From contig NW_021826389.1 of assembly GCF_006345805.1 (NCBI RefSeq), forward strand, positions 1-13,063: 13,063 nucleotides of DNA, written 5' to 3'. Positions 1-10,361 of this stretch are shown here, in pieces. The DNA is from Octopus sinensis (taxonomy: Eukaryota). The position numbers were made by a program, and so were the translations under genes. The notes below the pieces were generated by a model that did not search any database, was not told the origin of the DNA, and was given only the letters and a program-made list of their open reading frames with translations. How positions within the stretch are numbered: position 1 is the first letter of the stretch; each line of letters opens with the position of its first letter.

Positions 1-116
1 ACTTTTGACTGAGAAACTAAGCTGCTCTAACTAAAATTTAATAACTACTGCAGTAAATTTTTATATTTGGAACGTCTTGTAAATTTGTACTTTTACATTA
101 AGAATTAATATTTCAG

Positions 117-393
117 TGTTTGACAGCTGTGAGAAAACAAGAGATTTTCGAGCTTATTACTAACATACTTAATAGCATAACTACCTGATCCAATGAATAT
201 ATGTACCAACGTTAATAATATGCATCGAGAACCTGTAAGTTTCAAAGCTGAGTTTGATAAGGACACATGTATTCGGCAGCTAACCTGTTTCCTTTTTGTC
301 TTACACTCCAAGCAAAAAAAACGTTCAAACTTGAGTTTGTTTTCAGCAGAAGCTTTTAGGCCAATGCTCTACCAATACTACTCATGTTGAAAA
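117..393 (+). other. Weak candidate pair of spliced host exons (117-234 and 347-393)
   Basis: TTTCAG acceptor ends at 116 and a consensus GTAAGT donor lies at 235-240. TTTGTTTTCAG acceptor ends at 346 and a GTAAGA donor starts at 394. ATG at 193 gives MNICTNVNNMHREP (phase 0), joining in frame to QKLLGQCSTNTTHVE, the only open frame of exon 2. No recognisable homology. Confidence 0.2.
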
Positions 394-449
394 GTAAGAA
401 TATATATATTAAAAATGTTTATATTTAGATATTTTCCCATGGCAAGATA

Positions 450-1935
450 CTGCATAGAAAAGCAGAATTTACCAATACCAAATGTAACGTCTTCATAGAA
501 AGTGATAAAAATCAATATTTTTGTTACATCCTGGTGATTTTAACATTTACCCATCACATTTTATAAAAAATATTTTTCGCTTTTTGTAAACTATTCAATC
601 CATTGTCATTCTTATGGCTTCTTTTACAGTTTGTCAACATCACCTATTAAAAGCTGATCTTCTCTTCCTACTTCTCTTCATACGAAGGTTCTCTTTTTCC
701 TTTAGTGATGCCCTTTCCTCTTCAAGAAATAAATACACAATGCTGCAATAATTCCAGACAAAGTTATTGCATCAAAGGAAGTCATACTATTGGGTACAAA
801 CTGTCGATGGCATTTCAGTTTGATGAGTCTTTTAACACCAAAATAGTTCTATCATCTTTGCAGGCAGTCTACCCTCATTTATTTTATTTTAAGGTTAATA
901 TCCTTGGACACCACAACACCCTGGAGTTTTCCAGTAGGTAATTTTTTTACAACTCCTATTTGCAGTCCCATAGTAACATCTATATTTTCCCGCTTAGTGA
1001 TATTTATTTGGTCGAATGCTTTTCATCATTCCTCTGCGAGTTTTTTCTTCGACATTCTTTTGCATCTTGTATATAACATGTTCTTGTATATACATTTCCA
1101 TTACAACTCTTTCTATTTCTTACCTATATTGAATAAGTGTTTTTCTTTGTCTGCATTGGTTTACTCTTTCTCCGTATTTTTGGTTAAAATCCCGTTTTAA
1201 CTTGTCTTTTAGTGCTGGTACAACTTCCTTGTTTATGTTTTATTTTCTTCATAAATCAGTTTCCTGAGATTTCAGACGAGTTTTTCTTAATCTTTCTAAT
1301 AAATTACATCAGGTCTCAATATTTTTATGTCCCCTAGTATTCTCCTTTTCCACTATTATTCATATTTCTAATATATTTCAAGTCTGATACATTCACTACA
1401 TGTATATTAGCTGCTTCTATCAAGTTGTCAATTTCAGCTATATCGCTTGTTTTAACATTTTCAATAATTCCATTTCTTTTTTGGTTATCTCTTTCAGTTT
1501 AGCTCTATCGTCATTTCTGACACCAAAATCTTTCTTCCCGTGATTTGAGCTAATTCCCACAGCACTTTCTAATCTTCTTTGTCATTTTGGCCATTCAATA
1601 ATGCTTTTCTAAGCTTTTACATCTCCATATTAGACTCAATCATTTCATTACCTTGAAAGTTATTCCTTATATATTCCTTTCAACTCAACTTCTTACAGTA
1701 TCTAGTCCCAACTGTGATCTTTTTACATAATTCCTTCATTTCAGTAAGCCTAGTTTTACATAAATACTTGGCTTGATCACAAATTCGTAACTCGGTAACA
1801 TCGAACAAATCTCTTTACTTAGATATTCACCGTGGAAAGTTTCACAAATAATTCTTCAATATATTTTTCTGTGTTTTGGTTCTACGCACTACTCTTGACA
1901 TTGATGAGTATTCTCGGACATTGAATTTAGACTGC
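450..1935 (-). mobile_element. Highly degenerate Dong/R4-clade (RLE) non-LTR retrotransposon: N-terminal region plus RT motifs 0-3, 3' half missing
   Basis: Minus-strand peptide remnants in the expected order: DVTELRICDQAK (1767-1802), NVKTSDIAEIDNLIEAA, WKTPG (919-933), VQGY (898-909), TLSGIIA, DQLLIG (642-659), IVYKKA (578-594, cf. WIDYKKAYD). Many stops and frameshifts. Ends are approximate. Confidence 0.8.
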
Positions 1936-2829
1936 AATTTGAGATGGACAATGCCCAAAGGCAATAACTTTATTGAAACTTAATATGAAGAAATATTTTA
2001 GTTTACCGCTGGTTGTTCCTACCTGTATCTGTTAAGCAATCCCACGTGCAGTTGGCAATGGAACTTTGTTGCAATCATGAAACACAGATATGATGTTTCT
2101 GAGTAGATTCAAAGAAAATTAGAATATAATGATTATAGACAGAATATAAAATGGTTTTGCAGTACAATTTAATTATAGTCTCAGTCGAAATAGATTTTAT
2201 ATGATGTCTAAGTTTCAAATCTAGACTTAGTGCTGCTTCGCTAGTTTCCGTAAAATATTTAAAATATTTAATGCATTTTTGTAACTTACAAAATGCTATT
2301 TTCTCTTCCATTCATGTTAGTAGTTCTTAAATACCTAATCATTAAGTTTTTTAATTACTTGTGAACTTAGTTGAACATTCTAAATACACACGTCTCAATA
2401 TCTATCTATTGTAATATTTTCTAGCCTTATACATGATTATGTGAACTTAACACTTAGGCTTGGAGTAACCTCTTGAATCAACATAAAAGTAGTACGATTT
2501 ACAAATCGTATCTCTTGTATGCAGATACTCTTCTGCATCAGCCACAAGACCTTCAATTTTTACATCTTCTGTCATCTTTCTTAAATCTGTTCTTTTTCCT
2601 TATCTTCAAATTAATTTCACTATTTTGTTCTAAATCAAATCTTTTTTTCTCGGGGAAATTAATTTTTTCTTCTCTGCAGCACTCCATTACTTAAGACCTC
2701 TTTCATATCTTTTTAACGAGATTTGAAGAAAATTATCGTCAAACAAGCTGTAAAAAATGTGAAACAGTAGCAATCTCTTCGTTCATAATAAATCACTGCA
2801 TTGTATTAGACGCCACCACGATAGTTAAT

Positions 2830-3030
2830 GGCATAAACTACGCAGCAATGGATAAACTTCTTTACAGTTTTTTAATGTGTCATTTTGCATTCTAAGTTCA
2901 ATGTACTCGAGGGTCGATTTCACTTTTTATGCCACTAGGATTAAAACAAAATAACTACTTTAAACCGTGATAGATTCGCTTGGCTATAAGTACCCCAAAC
3001 CAATGCGTGTTCTTTTGTGTCAGTATAAGA
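2830..3030 (+). mobile_element. Possible degenerate tRNA-derived SINE remnant
   Basis: B-box-like CTAAGTTCAAT at ~2892-2902 is followed by GAGGGTCGATTTCACTTTTTAT. This resembles the reverse complement of 6771-6830 in this window and my recalled (unverified) octopus SINE core GAGGTCGACTTTGCCTTTCATCC. Confidence 0.35.
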
Positions 3031-3115
3031 GTTCCTTGTTAAAAGTTGTTAGAATTTATAATGAAAAGAAAAAAAACATTACTCTTGGCATAATAGGTTA
3101 GAGTTAAAATTAAAT

Positions 3116-3118
<3 letters not shown>

Positions 3119-3147
<29 letters not shown>
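3119..3147. repeat. (TC)n microsatellite, ~14 units
   Basis: Perfect TC run read directly from the sequence. Confidence 0.98.
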
Positions 3148-3150
<3 letters not shown>

Positions 3151-3989
3151 GCATTTAATACGATTTAAGAATAAATTATATTTTAAAGAAACGATTTAAA
3201 GAAATGCAACATGGATTATGAATAAATAACTACATTGACGCGTTCATATGTATTTTGTTTCTCTGTGAAGCTAGACTCCAGTGGACCGTTTGGTAATTTA
3301 GCATGAAGACTGAACCAACTTGTTTAATTTTTATTTAACAGTTAATCGACATTTGGTCTTTTTTCTCGGTCTCTATCTCTCTTTCTTTATAACTGCCTCA
3401 TTAAAGATAAATGCAAAGCTTCCTTAATTAAATAGGAATCCATTCAGTGCTTTCTCGTTAAAATAAGGGTTTCATGCTTCCCGCAATAAAACCAGCGGAA
3501 ATGATTGTTATTCACACCACTCATTAGTGTAATATCTATGGTTCTTATTTTACAATGATGTCCCAAAGACGAAACTTCCACTTCGATGTTACTGGAAATA
3601 GCAGCCCGATCTCCTTTAAATCACACTTTACAATTTAAGAAAAATAAAGAACATGCTGGGTGTTTTTTTTTTACTTCTGGTTTTCCTTCATGAAAGTAAA
3701 AAATGGAATAGTCAAGGTTTCAACGCCTCTGGTCACCGATTACTTTGCTCACGCATGACAGGTGAATGGAATAAACTTCAGCTATACTTAGTAACGGCAA
3801 AGTAAAATAAGACAATGGAAAAGAACTGAATAGACAGTGGGTATGAGGTGGAGTAAAGGGGTTGGTAGAGTTCCGATACAGTTAGAGCTGCATAAGTGTT
3901 TTTACTTCGTCGTTGTATTTTCTTCTCACCTCGATACAGTATAAACTCGAGTAATTAAAATTACCGTGCTAACAACATTACTTGAACTG

Positions 3990-5890
3990 TCGCTTATTTC
4001 ACTATGCACAATATAAATGGATCTCAGTCAAGAATTTATGGCGATAAGTCTTCCATTGCTCTTTCCTTAAATTGGCGTGTAAGTGGTGGAATATTCTACT
4101 GAGTAGTTATTCCGAATGTGGCCTTCAGTTAGAATCACGGTAACGCAGTGTGACAGAATGCTGGACCTTTGGATTTCAATATTATTGTTGTTTCACTGTG
4201 CATGTTATATGTGTATGACCTCTTGTGATTAATAGTTAGCTGTTTTGCGCACTTTATGATTTCTTGTGGTTTATTATGGAACGATTAAGGTGGAAACCAC
4301 AGGTAACATTGGCGCAATCCATGGTATATCCAATATCTTATTTTTATACCATTATTGTTGTCCCTTTTTGTCAGTCACAGTACTTCTGACTGATCTTAGT
4401 ACATCTGTGCCTCGTTTTTCTTTTCTTTTCTGTCTTCTGCTTGTTCTATGTACATTGTGGTGTAATTATATGTAAGTCCTGATATTTATTTTTGTCTTAG
4501 ATAGCAGACTATGGATTTGGTAAGAATTCTGTTGAAGAACCAGTTTCATGGGTGATTTTAAGAAGGATTAGAATATAAGTACAGCAGTTTCTGAAGTATG
4601 ATGAAAGGGTATGAGTGTAGTGTTTATCTGTTTATGAGATTGTCTAAATCTTTTGTGGTAGTGTGGGAAAAACTTTTAGGTAGGTTGAGAGGGTGAGAAA
4701 AGAAACTCTTATAATATTCTATTCGGGAAGTTGCAGGTTCTGGTAAAAAGTTTTTTCTATTCTTTCAGACTGTATAGGCCGTGAACCTTGGCATGGAGTT
4801 TGCTAGCCAGCGTTTTGTGTTGTTTCATAAAATGGAAATCAGTATTTTAGTAAAAATGCTTATCAGGGAATTAATTTGAATGTTTTGCTAATGTTAATGG
4901 CAATTTTAATGATTTTTTTCTCATGGTGAAGCCATCATATATATTTCGTTGTTAGACTTGTGTGAAGTGCGGTGGTCGAATGTAATGCCTCCATCTTGTG
5001 ATTTACAGGATGGAGATGAATCGATTAGTGATATCAAGGATTAATCTTTTTAGAAGTTTGGAGAGTGTTTTTGGGACAGTTGTTAGCTTTGTGTTTTCTT
5101 GCTTGATTTAGCTTTCAGTTAAGTTTTAGTAGTGTTATAGTGAGGATACTTTACTTGAGCTTGTCATTGTTACATAAGTTGTGATGGACCTTTGTTGCTG
5201 TTGATGATGCTAATATTGGCTGCAAATTCTGGTTTTCTGGGAAATGTTAAGGCTTGTTTATTTTATCTTTCTTTTATGTTTTGTTTTATTTCTTTAATTA
5301 TTTTATTTCCTTATTTAATGCTGAGTTATATTTCGGTTAGTTTTGTTATGCTGCCTTTGATTTTTATGAGGCAGACAATATTTGTAACCTGCAATTTAAA
5401 TTATATTATTCTGATGCCATCTACCATTTTTTTTTCTTTTTGAAAGTATGTCCTGCAATGCCTTGTGTTGATGATTGCCATGTTGTCAAATTCTGAAAAT
5501 CTTGATTCTGTTTCTTGTAGGAAATCTTTCTACTATCATTTCAAAAGTTTTCAGTAAATTTTTTGTTTGTTTATTTTTCTTTCTTGTATGAAGGTGTTAG
5601 GCTAATATTGGTAAGTTGTCCGAGGAAATTTGGGAATTGTGAGATATCAAAATGCAAGTCTTTTTTATCCATGTTATAAGACGGCCACGTTGTAGAGGGT
5701 TTGTCTTTTCTGAATAGGGTATAATTCAGGACGGTAGGTTTTCGGATTTTCACTATAAGGAATATTTCTTGAATAATTATTTCTTCGTTAATTTCGTGAC
5801 TAACAATGATTTTTCTTAGTTCCGTTGTGCTTTTGATGCCGTCAATGTTGTTTTGCAGATTATTTTTAGACTATTTTGTTTCGTTTAACT
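3990..5890 (-). mobile_element. Degenerate APE-type LINE (I/Jockey-group-like) ORF2 remnant
   Basis: APE N-terminal motifs LQNNIDGIKS (5829-5858, cf. LQWNxxG) and IIIQE (5766-5780, cf. IxxIQET), then NYTLFRKDK (ORF 5571-5753, cf. YxxxRxDR). Downstream remnants are HHTSETAVL (cf. HSTTTAL), KILDIPW (4319-4339, cf. KILGVTFD) and HHLHA (4074-4088). Heavily disrupted; clade and ends uncertain. Confidence 0.7.
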
Positions 5891-6245
5891 TTGTGGTTTA
5901 TTTTTATGTTTCTGCGTGGAACGTTTATTTTTAAATGCATTTTAGGCAAACAACTGGTGGTATGACACGAGATAATAGCAATTCATATTTATAATATTTT
6001 TGCTGCTGTCAGTTATGCTAGTTTTGTAAAGCGTATTTTTCTAGATTATTTGTAAAATGTTGTTTGTTTTATGAATATTTATGTGCATTTATTTCGAAGA
6101 TTGTAGGCGGGCGATTTATCTCGTTTCGTGCACAGCGTTCCCCGATGAAAAACATTTCTGTGTGCGGAGTATTTATCATTTACCTAGTTGTAACCATTTC
6201 TCTTTCCTCGCTGGCAGCTTATATTTGGTATCGGTTTATCATATT

Positions 6246-6307
6246 TATCTATCTATCTATCTAACTATCTCTCTCTCTCTCTCCTCTCTCTCTCTATATA
6301 TAATATA

Positions 6308-6352
<45 letters not shown>
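6246..6352. repeat. Compound microsatellite (TATC)n-(TC)n-(TA)n
   Basis: TATC units at 6246-6269, TC at ~6270-6295 and TA at ~6295-6352, with few interruptions. Confidence 0.97.
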
Positions 6353-6359
<7 letters not shown>

Positions 6360-6550
6360 AACAATGTTGTGAACAGAGAAGTCGCAGTGCTTGAAAAAGG
6401 TTTGGCTGCTATTTCTTGTATGTCGAGCGATTTGCAGAGGCTTCCTAGCTAGCTCGGAAGTTAACCATTATCCTATTGGGATCAAGAATTTTACATTTCT
6501 GTAAATAATTTTCTGTACAAGTTTCAGAAATAATTCGGACTACTATATCC

Positions 6551-6635
6551 TGTGTGTGTTTGTGTATATGTGTATGCTCGGAGGGAAAGAGAGGGGGGAG
6601 AGATGGAGAGGAAGAGAGAGAGAGTGTGTATGTGT
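6551..6635. repeat. Low-complexity TG-rich / GA-rich / TG-rich tract
   Basis: TGTGTGTGTTTGTGTATATGTGTATG, then a purine-rich GA tract (~6580-6624), then TGTGTATGTGT. Confidence 0.8.
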
Positions 6636-6724
6636 TCATTTATTTTATGAACAAATGTAATTCCTGATTCATAAATTGAATTTCTTACGTTGGCAGCAAC
6701 GCAGTCATAAATATTTCAGAGTCA

Positions 6725-6890
6725 GCTGAGTCGGTTTCATCGGTTGCAATATTTTATTGACACTCAACACATCAAGCCTAAAAAGATGAAAGACAAAACA
6801 GAACTGATGTATTTTAAACTCGGATGGTAGAATAGAGAAAACATAGAAGCTAAATATGGAAAGATATGTAGCTCGACCCTCTACAGTTAT
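6725..6890 (-). mobile_element. Probable degenerate tRNA-derived SINE remnant
   Basis: 6771-6830 (ATCAAGCCTAAAAAGATGAAAGACAAAACAGAACTGATGTATTTTAAACTCGGATGGTAG) aligns by eye with a recalled, unverified octopus SINE segment ATCGACCCCGAAAGGATGAAAGGCAAAGTCGACCTCGGCGGAATTTGAACTCAGAACGTA. B-box-like CCGAGTTTAAAA on the minus strand. Inverted similarity to ~2888-2950 in this window. Confidence 0.45.
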
Positions 6891-7085
6891 AAGATAATGA
6901 TATTTAATAGACAACCCCACCCCCTGCTACTTCCCCGACATTTCGAGGAAGGAGAGGAACACCAGTTGCTTTTTAGCACCTCCATTCTAAATAAAGCTAC
7001 GCACGTGGCTGAAAGCGCTGTGGTGATTTTTATTATTACTTTCGCTTAAAACCGTGCGTATACCACCTTCATATGCAAAGCAATT

Positions 7086-7144
7086 TATATATATATATAT
7101 AATATATATATATAATATATATATATATATATTATATATATATA
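7086..7144. repeat. (TA)n microsatellite, interrupted
   Basis: TA run with single-base interruptions, read directly. Confidence 0.97.
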
Positions 7145-7299
7145 ATAATGTCATGTTGGAAAGTTCTCCTTGAACTGTGTTTAAATGTGAACATACGCAG
7201 GACCTGAATATGAAAAATACTTATCGGTGACAATCACCCTTTCTCTTATTCTCGCTACCTAGTCTATTTCATTGTCCAGGTTAAACCCAACATTCGAAA

Positions 7300-8950
7300 T
7301 AGTTTCTGAAAGATGATGTATGTAGTTACGTAAATACCATTATATCAGTCTCTGCTCGCAATAAAAACTTTCTGCTACCCAAGCCGAAGTCTTTCTTCAT
7401 TTTTCTAAATTTATCTGTTCTTAGTCACTCTCCGAACTGTTGAATAACTAATATTTGTTCGAATATCTCATGTCTCATCTATCCATGATGTCATCGTTTA
7501 TTTAAAACTTACACTGTATCAGACAATCAGTATCTCTTGTATCTTCGAACTCTATTGTTAATCCACCATTACAATCCTTTCCATTGTTGAATCTTGCTAT
7601 CATATCTATCAAAGCACACTGCATCAACCATTGGCACAATATCTCCTATTCAACAAATTCCTCAGTTCTTTAAATCAGCCATGTCATCTCTCCAATTTTA
7701 TGCTGACTATACTTGGCTTCAACTATTTCCTTGTCTCTGACTTATCCATGACAGCTAAGCGAGTGACTGAAACCATTCTCATTGAAATCACCCTTCACAT
7801 CCTTCCCACGGTGTTTAGAATTCAAAACCTCTCTAAGTAATTCAGATGCACTGGAAAAGAACACTGCCTACTTCCACAGAAGAAAAAATCACCACCATTT
7901 AAAGTATGCAAATTAATGAGCACAGAGCAAAGGATGCCTTCTTGCATCGCGCAGCCTGCAATTTCACTCGCTCACAAATTATTGCTGTGCTTTCTGATGC
8001 CAACAGGATGCTACCGTTCTTGATGATGCTGTTTTTATCACCCTTAAATTATTCACCAACAAATTCTTCCCAATGCTCATCGAAATCTTTAAACTTTCTC
8101 TCTACAGGTACCTATCTATAAATTGTGGAAACACGTACCAGTACCTACCACCCTCAAGAAGAATAATCTCACTGACTATCGACTACCAACCTATCACAAC
8201 ATATAAAAATATGAAAAAAGTCATATAACCACCACTTTTAGCATCTCAATGTTTCCCCTTCTCAGTAACTGTCAATACGATAGTTAAATCTAGATACACG
8301 CTTTCTTCTGTCTTACATCGATAGTCTTTTGAATTTGAGGACAAGAGTGAAAACTCAATTCTGTTTGCCTTAGTTTACACTGTGTCTAACGTGATCTTAT
8401 AAGTTTTTCGCCTACGTTCTACATCTATGTTACTCCACTCTTCTCTCGTCACTTGAAATTAATTTTATTAGATCATTCCACTCTGACCGCTCCACTTTTT
8501 TTTTGTCAGTCTCATCCAGTGTGTTGACTGGTTTCTTTCTGGCTTACATTATATCAGTTCTGTTGTACATCAGGGTTCGAATGACCCATGCTAAATTTTT
8601 TATGCATTAAGAATTTTCATGTCGTTCATTATGTGCAATCTAGTCGTCTGAAATTAGACATATTCCATTTCTGTGAACAACGACCTCAGTAACATCTTCC
8701 ATAAAAGACATATAAATTTAGTTTAACAACACCAATGTATTATCACTCTGATAACTTTGTATCAATACCAAGACTCTTTTTCTCTTATTTTAATTACAAT
8801 AATCTCACCTGTTTGATCACCGATTCCCAAAGTGAGTATTCTATTTGATTGCTTTAGAGGATGTTCAAAATGAAGGCATTTCTTAAATACTAATGGATTT
8901 ATGATTATCTCTTTCTTATAGTGCCTTGTAACCTACTCTTTAGGCTAATC
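7300..8950 (+). mobile_element. Degenerate CR1/L2-group LINE reverse transcriptase region
   Basis: Plus-strand remnants in RT order: FTRSQIIAVL, DATVLDD..IEIFKLSL (cf. KAxGPDG..IFNLSL), LWKHVPVPTTLKKNNLTDYR (8123-8182, cf. WKxAxVxPxxK..NYRPI), LLSNCQY (8258-8278, cf. LLSDxQYGFR), FIRSFHSDRS (8464-8493), ISSVVHQGS (8553-8579, cf. SGVPQGS), SVNNDLSNIF (8670-8699). Many stops and frameshifts; ends approximate. Confidence 0.75.
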
Positions 8951-9427
8951 CTGAGAAGCACCAAATAGAGTGGAGATAACAGTTTCAAGAGTCACTTGGT
9001 TCATATTTTAACCCTCTTCAGACATATAAATGTTTACTCAGATCACTGACATTCGATAGATGAACATGGAATGTTGGAATATAAAATTATCTTTATAAAA
9101 TTCACTAAAAATATTTTGTACAAGAAGAAGAATATAAATTTCTGTTTGAAAAACAAATTTAAATAAATGATTCTTCTGAATTTGTGTGAGCGAAATAATT
9201 TAAATATAATTAATATACAAGAAAGCATGCAGAGAGAAATTGATAGTTTTAATGAATTCATTCATCTGTAGTATTAGCGATGTTTGAATTCAAATAATGC
9301 CTTTATAAGATTAAAAAAAGACACGAAGAAATGGTATCAGCCTTTCATTAAATAATCTATACCGTATAAATGCATATTTTTAGAATAATACTATATTTTT
9401 ATTTGTTTCTCTTATTTTGTCAATCAG

Positions 9428-9552
9428 GTTTGAGTAAATTTGCTCGTCTCGCCCGATCAGTCACAAGGAACCGTTCAACACTTCTGCAGTTTTCTTCAAA
9501 TCTGCCAAACACCAAATTCGAAGATGGAAATCGAACATCACATTTGGCTAAT
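9428..9552 (+). other. Candidate internal or first coding exon of an unknown host gene (125 bp)
   Basis: A long pyrimidine tract (9395-9420) plus TCAG acceptor ends at 9427, and a GTAAGC donor starts at 9553. One frame is open throughout (GLSKFARLARSVTRNRSTLLQFSSNLPNTKFEDGNRTSHLAN). Alternatively an AAGATGG start at 9524 gives MEIEHHIWL. No recognised homology. Confidence 0.3.
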
Positions 9553-9923
9553 GTAAGCCTACATTTTCTTCATTTTATTTCTGTGAAACACGACCAAAGG
9601 TTACTGAGAGAAATCTCAGGATCCCAGTGTACAAAATATTTTATAGCAATATTTTGCGCGTAAACTTATGCTTTGATGAATCGACCTTTTGCACGCCAAA
9701 TTTACAGTCACACTTTGTGTTGATTTTTAAATTATCATTATTAGCATCGCCACACCATTGAAATGCAATTAACAGCAATTAACTAAATATTATATGTGTT
9801 GTATATGTGTTATGTGCGCCGATTTTCAATTATTTAAAAAATGACACACAGAAGGCTGCTCGAGAATAATAAAGTCATAAAGTATAATACAGAAGTATAT
9901 AACAAAAGAATTTGTAGATGATC

Positions 9924-9932
9924 ATTATTATT
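9924..9932 (-). repeat. (AAT)3 tail or target microsatellite at the putative 3' end
   Basis: The minus strand reads CTCTCACTC-AATAATAAT-GATCATC. Dong elements are known to insert in TAA repeats. Confidence 0.5.
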
Positions 9933-10361
9933 GAGTGAGAGAGCAGTGCATCAAAGTGATACTGGGGTACAAATATACGAAGCTCAGTATACCCAACATG
10001 ACTACCCGCCTCATAAGGGTACATCAGGCACATGCATCACAACCATATGTGCGTGACATGGTGATCTCATATCAAGATAAACAGTGCATGACCTTGCAGG
10101 TGGGGTCCAGTTAGAATTTTCCTCAGGTCGAGTAACCAATCTCGCTCAAAATTTCCCTGAATAAGGTTTGTTTAAGCACGGCGAATGAAACACCCATGTT
10201 TCCAGAGGTGAATTATCCAAACCCCAAAGAATTCCTCTCAACACATAGCTATGACGCTCCCCCATTATTTCTGCTCATTATCAGAGATGCACATATCGTC
10301 AGCCACCAAGGTACATGCTCAACCGGTTAAGGTCAAACAACTGACAAGCAAATCTGTGGTA
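9933..10361 (-). mobile_element. Non-coding 3' segment: Dong 3' UTR or a separate non-autonomous interspersed repeat
   Basis: Visibly less AT-rich than the flank, has no meaningful ORF, is contiguous with array copy 1 and ends in (AAT)3. It resembles an abundant octopus repeat as I recall it (unverified). Confidence 0.55.

Noticed and set aside
705-1200. Plus-strand ORFs 705-941 and 904-1200
   Set aside because: Antisense shadows of the minus-strand Dong remnant.
2671-2790. Acceptor-like TCTCTGCAG ending at 2679
   Set aside because: All three downstream frames stop within about 45 nt and no convincing donor follows.
3119-3292. (TC)n-TGCAG acceptor and a 22-nt micro-exon candidate at 3271-3292
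   Set aside because: The pyrimidine tract is just a microsatellite, the splice signals are weak, and there is no frame consistency with other candidates.
6105-6134. Possible 2A-like ribosome-skipping motif (CARNEINRPP, minus strand) upstream of the APE domain
   Set aside because: It does not match D-x-E-x-N-P-G-P at the key positions, and the resemblance may be chance.
6064-6639. ORFs 6064-6264, 6081-6353 and 6445-6639
   Set aside because: They are built partly from microsatellite or low-complexity sequence (IYIYIY, SLSLS) and show no coding signal.
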